Position numbers and translations under genes: made by a program. Under the pieces are notes generated by a model that saw only the letters and a program-made list of their open reading frames with translations, did not search any database and was not told where the DNA came from. A stretch of 64,000 nt of DNA from the human T2T-CHM13v2.0 reference genome, Homo sapiens. Every line of letters begins with the position of its first letter. The stretch's first letter is position 1. This document shows positions 61,531 to 64,000 of the stretch, piece by piece. The stretch lies in the NCBI RefSeq assembly GCF_009914755.1, contig NC_060933.1, one strand, 5' to 3'.

Positions 61531-62619
61531 AAAGCTCCATGTTCTGTGATCTTTGGGGTGTCCAGGTTGTGCCGTCCCCCCTCTTTCAGGCAGGTCCTGG
61601 CCCCTTAGCCACCCACATGCTTGGTCCCTCTCTGGGAGCAGATCCTGCAGGTGGCTCTGCCTGCCTTTGGATAGGGGAGCCTTGGCCCTTTTCTCTGTTC
61701 CTCACCGTGCAGGGGAGGAGAACCTGCAACGTATGAATTTGTGCTTTCCTGTAAAAGCTGGACTGCTTTTCCCTCTTTTTCCTTCCATCATCAAACTTTA
61801 CTGCCTTGAAAATCTGTTCAGTAAAACTGAGAGCAAGAGGCACGTCTGTTTCTCTAGTCTCTAATCTCCTTGGTTCCAGCCTTCTCCACGCCCGCCCCTG
61901 GGACCCGTGCACATCCCTAGGCCCCCAGTCCGCGTCTGGCTCTGACAAATGGCTGATCAGGAAAAGCCGCGTTCGGCGGTGGAAGCTGTCGCCAGGCCCT
62001 GGCTCGGCCCTAAGCTGCAGAGGGACACACATACTTTTTGTGTATCTGGTGCCAAAGATGGTTCCCACAGAACAGGAAGGCCGTGTGCTGTGGGATCCAG
62101 GGCAGGGACCCTCGGTGGATCACAGCCCATGCGGGGAGCCAGCGACCCACCGTGTGTGCCCACCGGGCAGGCACTTGAGGCCAATGCAGAAAACATGAGG
62201 CCCTGGAAGGGGAAGCTGAGGCTGCTCCATCTGCTGGCGCCCCAGCCGTTCCAGCAGGCCTGTGACTGTCATCAGCCCACTGGGCTCCACGGACTCCGCC
62301 AGCTTGTTTACCGGCCTCCTGGACAAGGAGAGACCTTGGCGGCCTCTGTGAGGCTCATTTTCCATGAGCAGGGAAGTCTCTGGACTCCAAGGGATTTAGA
62401 GCTGTGAGGGGCACCCAGCGTGCGGTCCCAGGGGTCTGAGGAATCTATTCCAGGGTCGGGGTGAGCCCGGGGTGTCGTTTGCTCTGCCCTGTCCCCATGA
62501 GAGGGAGGGCGTCCTTCTTTCCTAAAACAGCAAAAACGTGTGGGTTGTTCAGGCATCACACATGCGGCTGCTGGGCTCCAAGCAACATTATGTGGTGTTG
62601 TCTGGACCGGAAGACGGAG

Positions 62620-63800
62620 GGAGAGAGAGAGAAGAGAGACACATAGAGACACACACGGAGACAGAGAGAAGAAAGAGGCACAGAGAGAGACACACAGAGA
62701 CAGAGAGACACAGAGACACAGAGAGACACAGAGACAGACACACAGAGACACAGAGAAGACACACACAGAGAGACACAGAGACTGAGAGACACAGAGATAC
62801 ATAGAGACAGAGAGAAGAGAGAGACACACAGAGAGACACAGAGACAGAGGCACACACAGAGACAGAGAGACAGACACACACAGAGACAAAGACATACACA
62901 CAGGGACAGAGAGAAGAGAGGGACACATAGAGACAAACAGAGACAGAGAAGAAAGAGACACAGAGACAGACACAGAGACACACAGAGAGACAGAGGCAGA
63001 GAGACAAACACACAGAGACAGAGAGAAGAGAAAGACACACAGAGAGACACAGAGATGGAGAGACGGAGACACACAGAGACAGAGAGAAGAGCCACAGAGA
63101 CAGAGAGACACAGAGACAGAGAAGAGAGAGACACACAGAGAGACATAGAGAAAGAGAAACACAGAGAGACACAGAGACAGAGAAAAGAGAGAGACACACA
63201 GAAAGACACAGAGACAGAGACACACACAGAGACAGACAGACATATAGAGACAGAGACACACACAGAGACAGAGAGAAGAGAGAGACAGAGAGAGACACAC
63301 AGAGACAGAGACACACCCACAGGGACAGAGAGAAGAGAGAGACACACAGAGACACACACAGAGACAGAGAGAAGAGACAGACACACACAGAGACAGACAC
63401 ACAGAAAAAGAGAGACATACAGAGACAGAGAAAAGAGAGACACATAGAGAGACACACAGAGACAGAGAGACACACAGAGACAGAGAGGAGAGAGAGATAC
63501 CCACACAGACAGCAAGACATATAGAGATGGAGAGAAGATAGAGACACAGAGACAGACATACAGAGACAGATACTGAGAGAGACACAGACAGACAGACACA
63601 CACAGACAGAAGAGACACACAGAGAGAGGAGAGAGAGGAGACAGAGACACAGAGGGAGAGACAGAGAGAAAAGAGAAGGAGGAGAGAAGCAGGGAATGAG
63701 AGAAGAGAGACAGGGTGAAAGGGGATGAGGCAGGAAGGAAGAGGGAGGGAGAGAGAGAAAGAGAAGAGAAGGAGATGGAAGAAAAGAGAGAGAATATAAA
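62620..63800. repeat. (GA/CA)-rich low-complexity tract (GAGACACA-type)
   Basis: Visible, ~1.2 kb, very few T on the plus strand. Confidence 0.96.
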
Positions 63801-64000
63801 GATAAAATCCCAGCTGCCCTGGACGGGGTGGGCTGGGGATTCCACGCCCCATTCCATGGGGCTTTGCACTTGAAACCAGACTCTCCCACCTGAGTTCTGT
63901 TGCATCTGGAGCTTCAGATAAAACAAGATCACTTCTTAAGGATCACAAGGACCTGGGGATTTAGAAAATTGGATGATCCCACTTTTGCCAGGTTGCAACA

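Noticed and set aside
62308-63932. 433-514 aa Cys/Leu/Ser/Val-rich ORFs
   Set aside because: Translation of the low-complexity GA/CA tract

Overview
Primate, most likely human, genomic DNA. It is GC-rich, largely non-coding and dense in tandem repeats, which fits a distal or subtelomeric region. I could not confidently recognise any host protein-coding exon or RNA gene. The window is mostly retroelements: about 13 Alus, MIR/L2, old L1M blocks, and THE1/MST/MLT/MER74 LTRs. The clearest structure is a young L1PA insertion (50192-53116) with a 5' inversion (twin priming), a 15-bp target-site duplication and microhomologies. Also notable are (i) a ~3 kb block (45859-48840, minus strand) that looks like an mRNA 3' end, with two AATAAA signals, an inverted Alu pair and candidate splice sites, and that abruptly truncates an old L1; and (ii) several large tandem arrays. 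Four arrays visibly grew from transposon sequence: a 49-bp VNTR from an L2 end, a 20-bp VNTR from L1M, a 1.35-kb TA/CA tract inside an MLT2 LTR, and a GAA/GGA tract from an AluJ tail. A 14-bp G-rich VNTR follows a splice-acceptor-like motif. The long ORFs in the track are repeat artefacts or L1 ORF2 remnants. I found no convincing new multi-gene system. Repeat subfamily calls are from memory of consensus sequences, and boundaries of old repeats are approximate.
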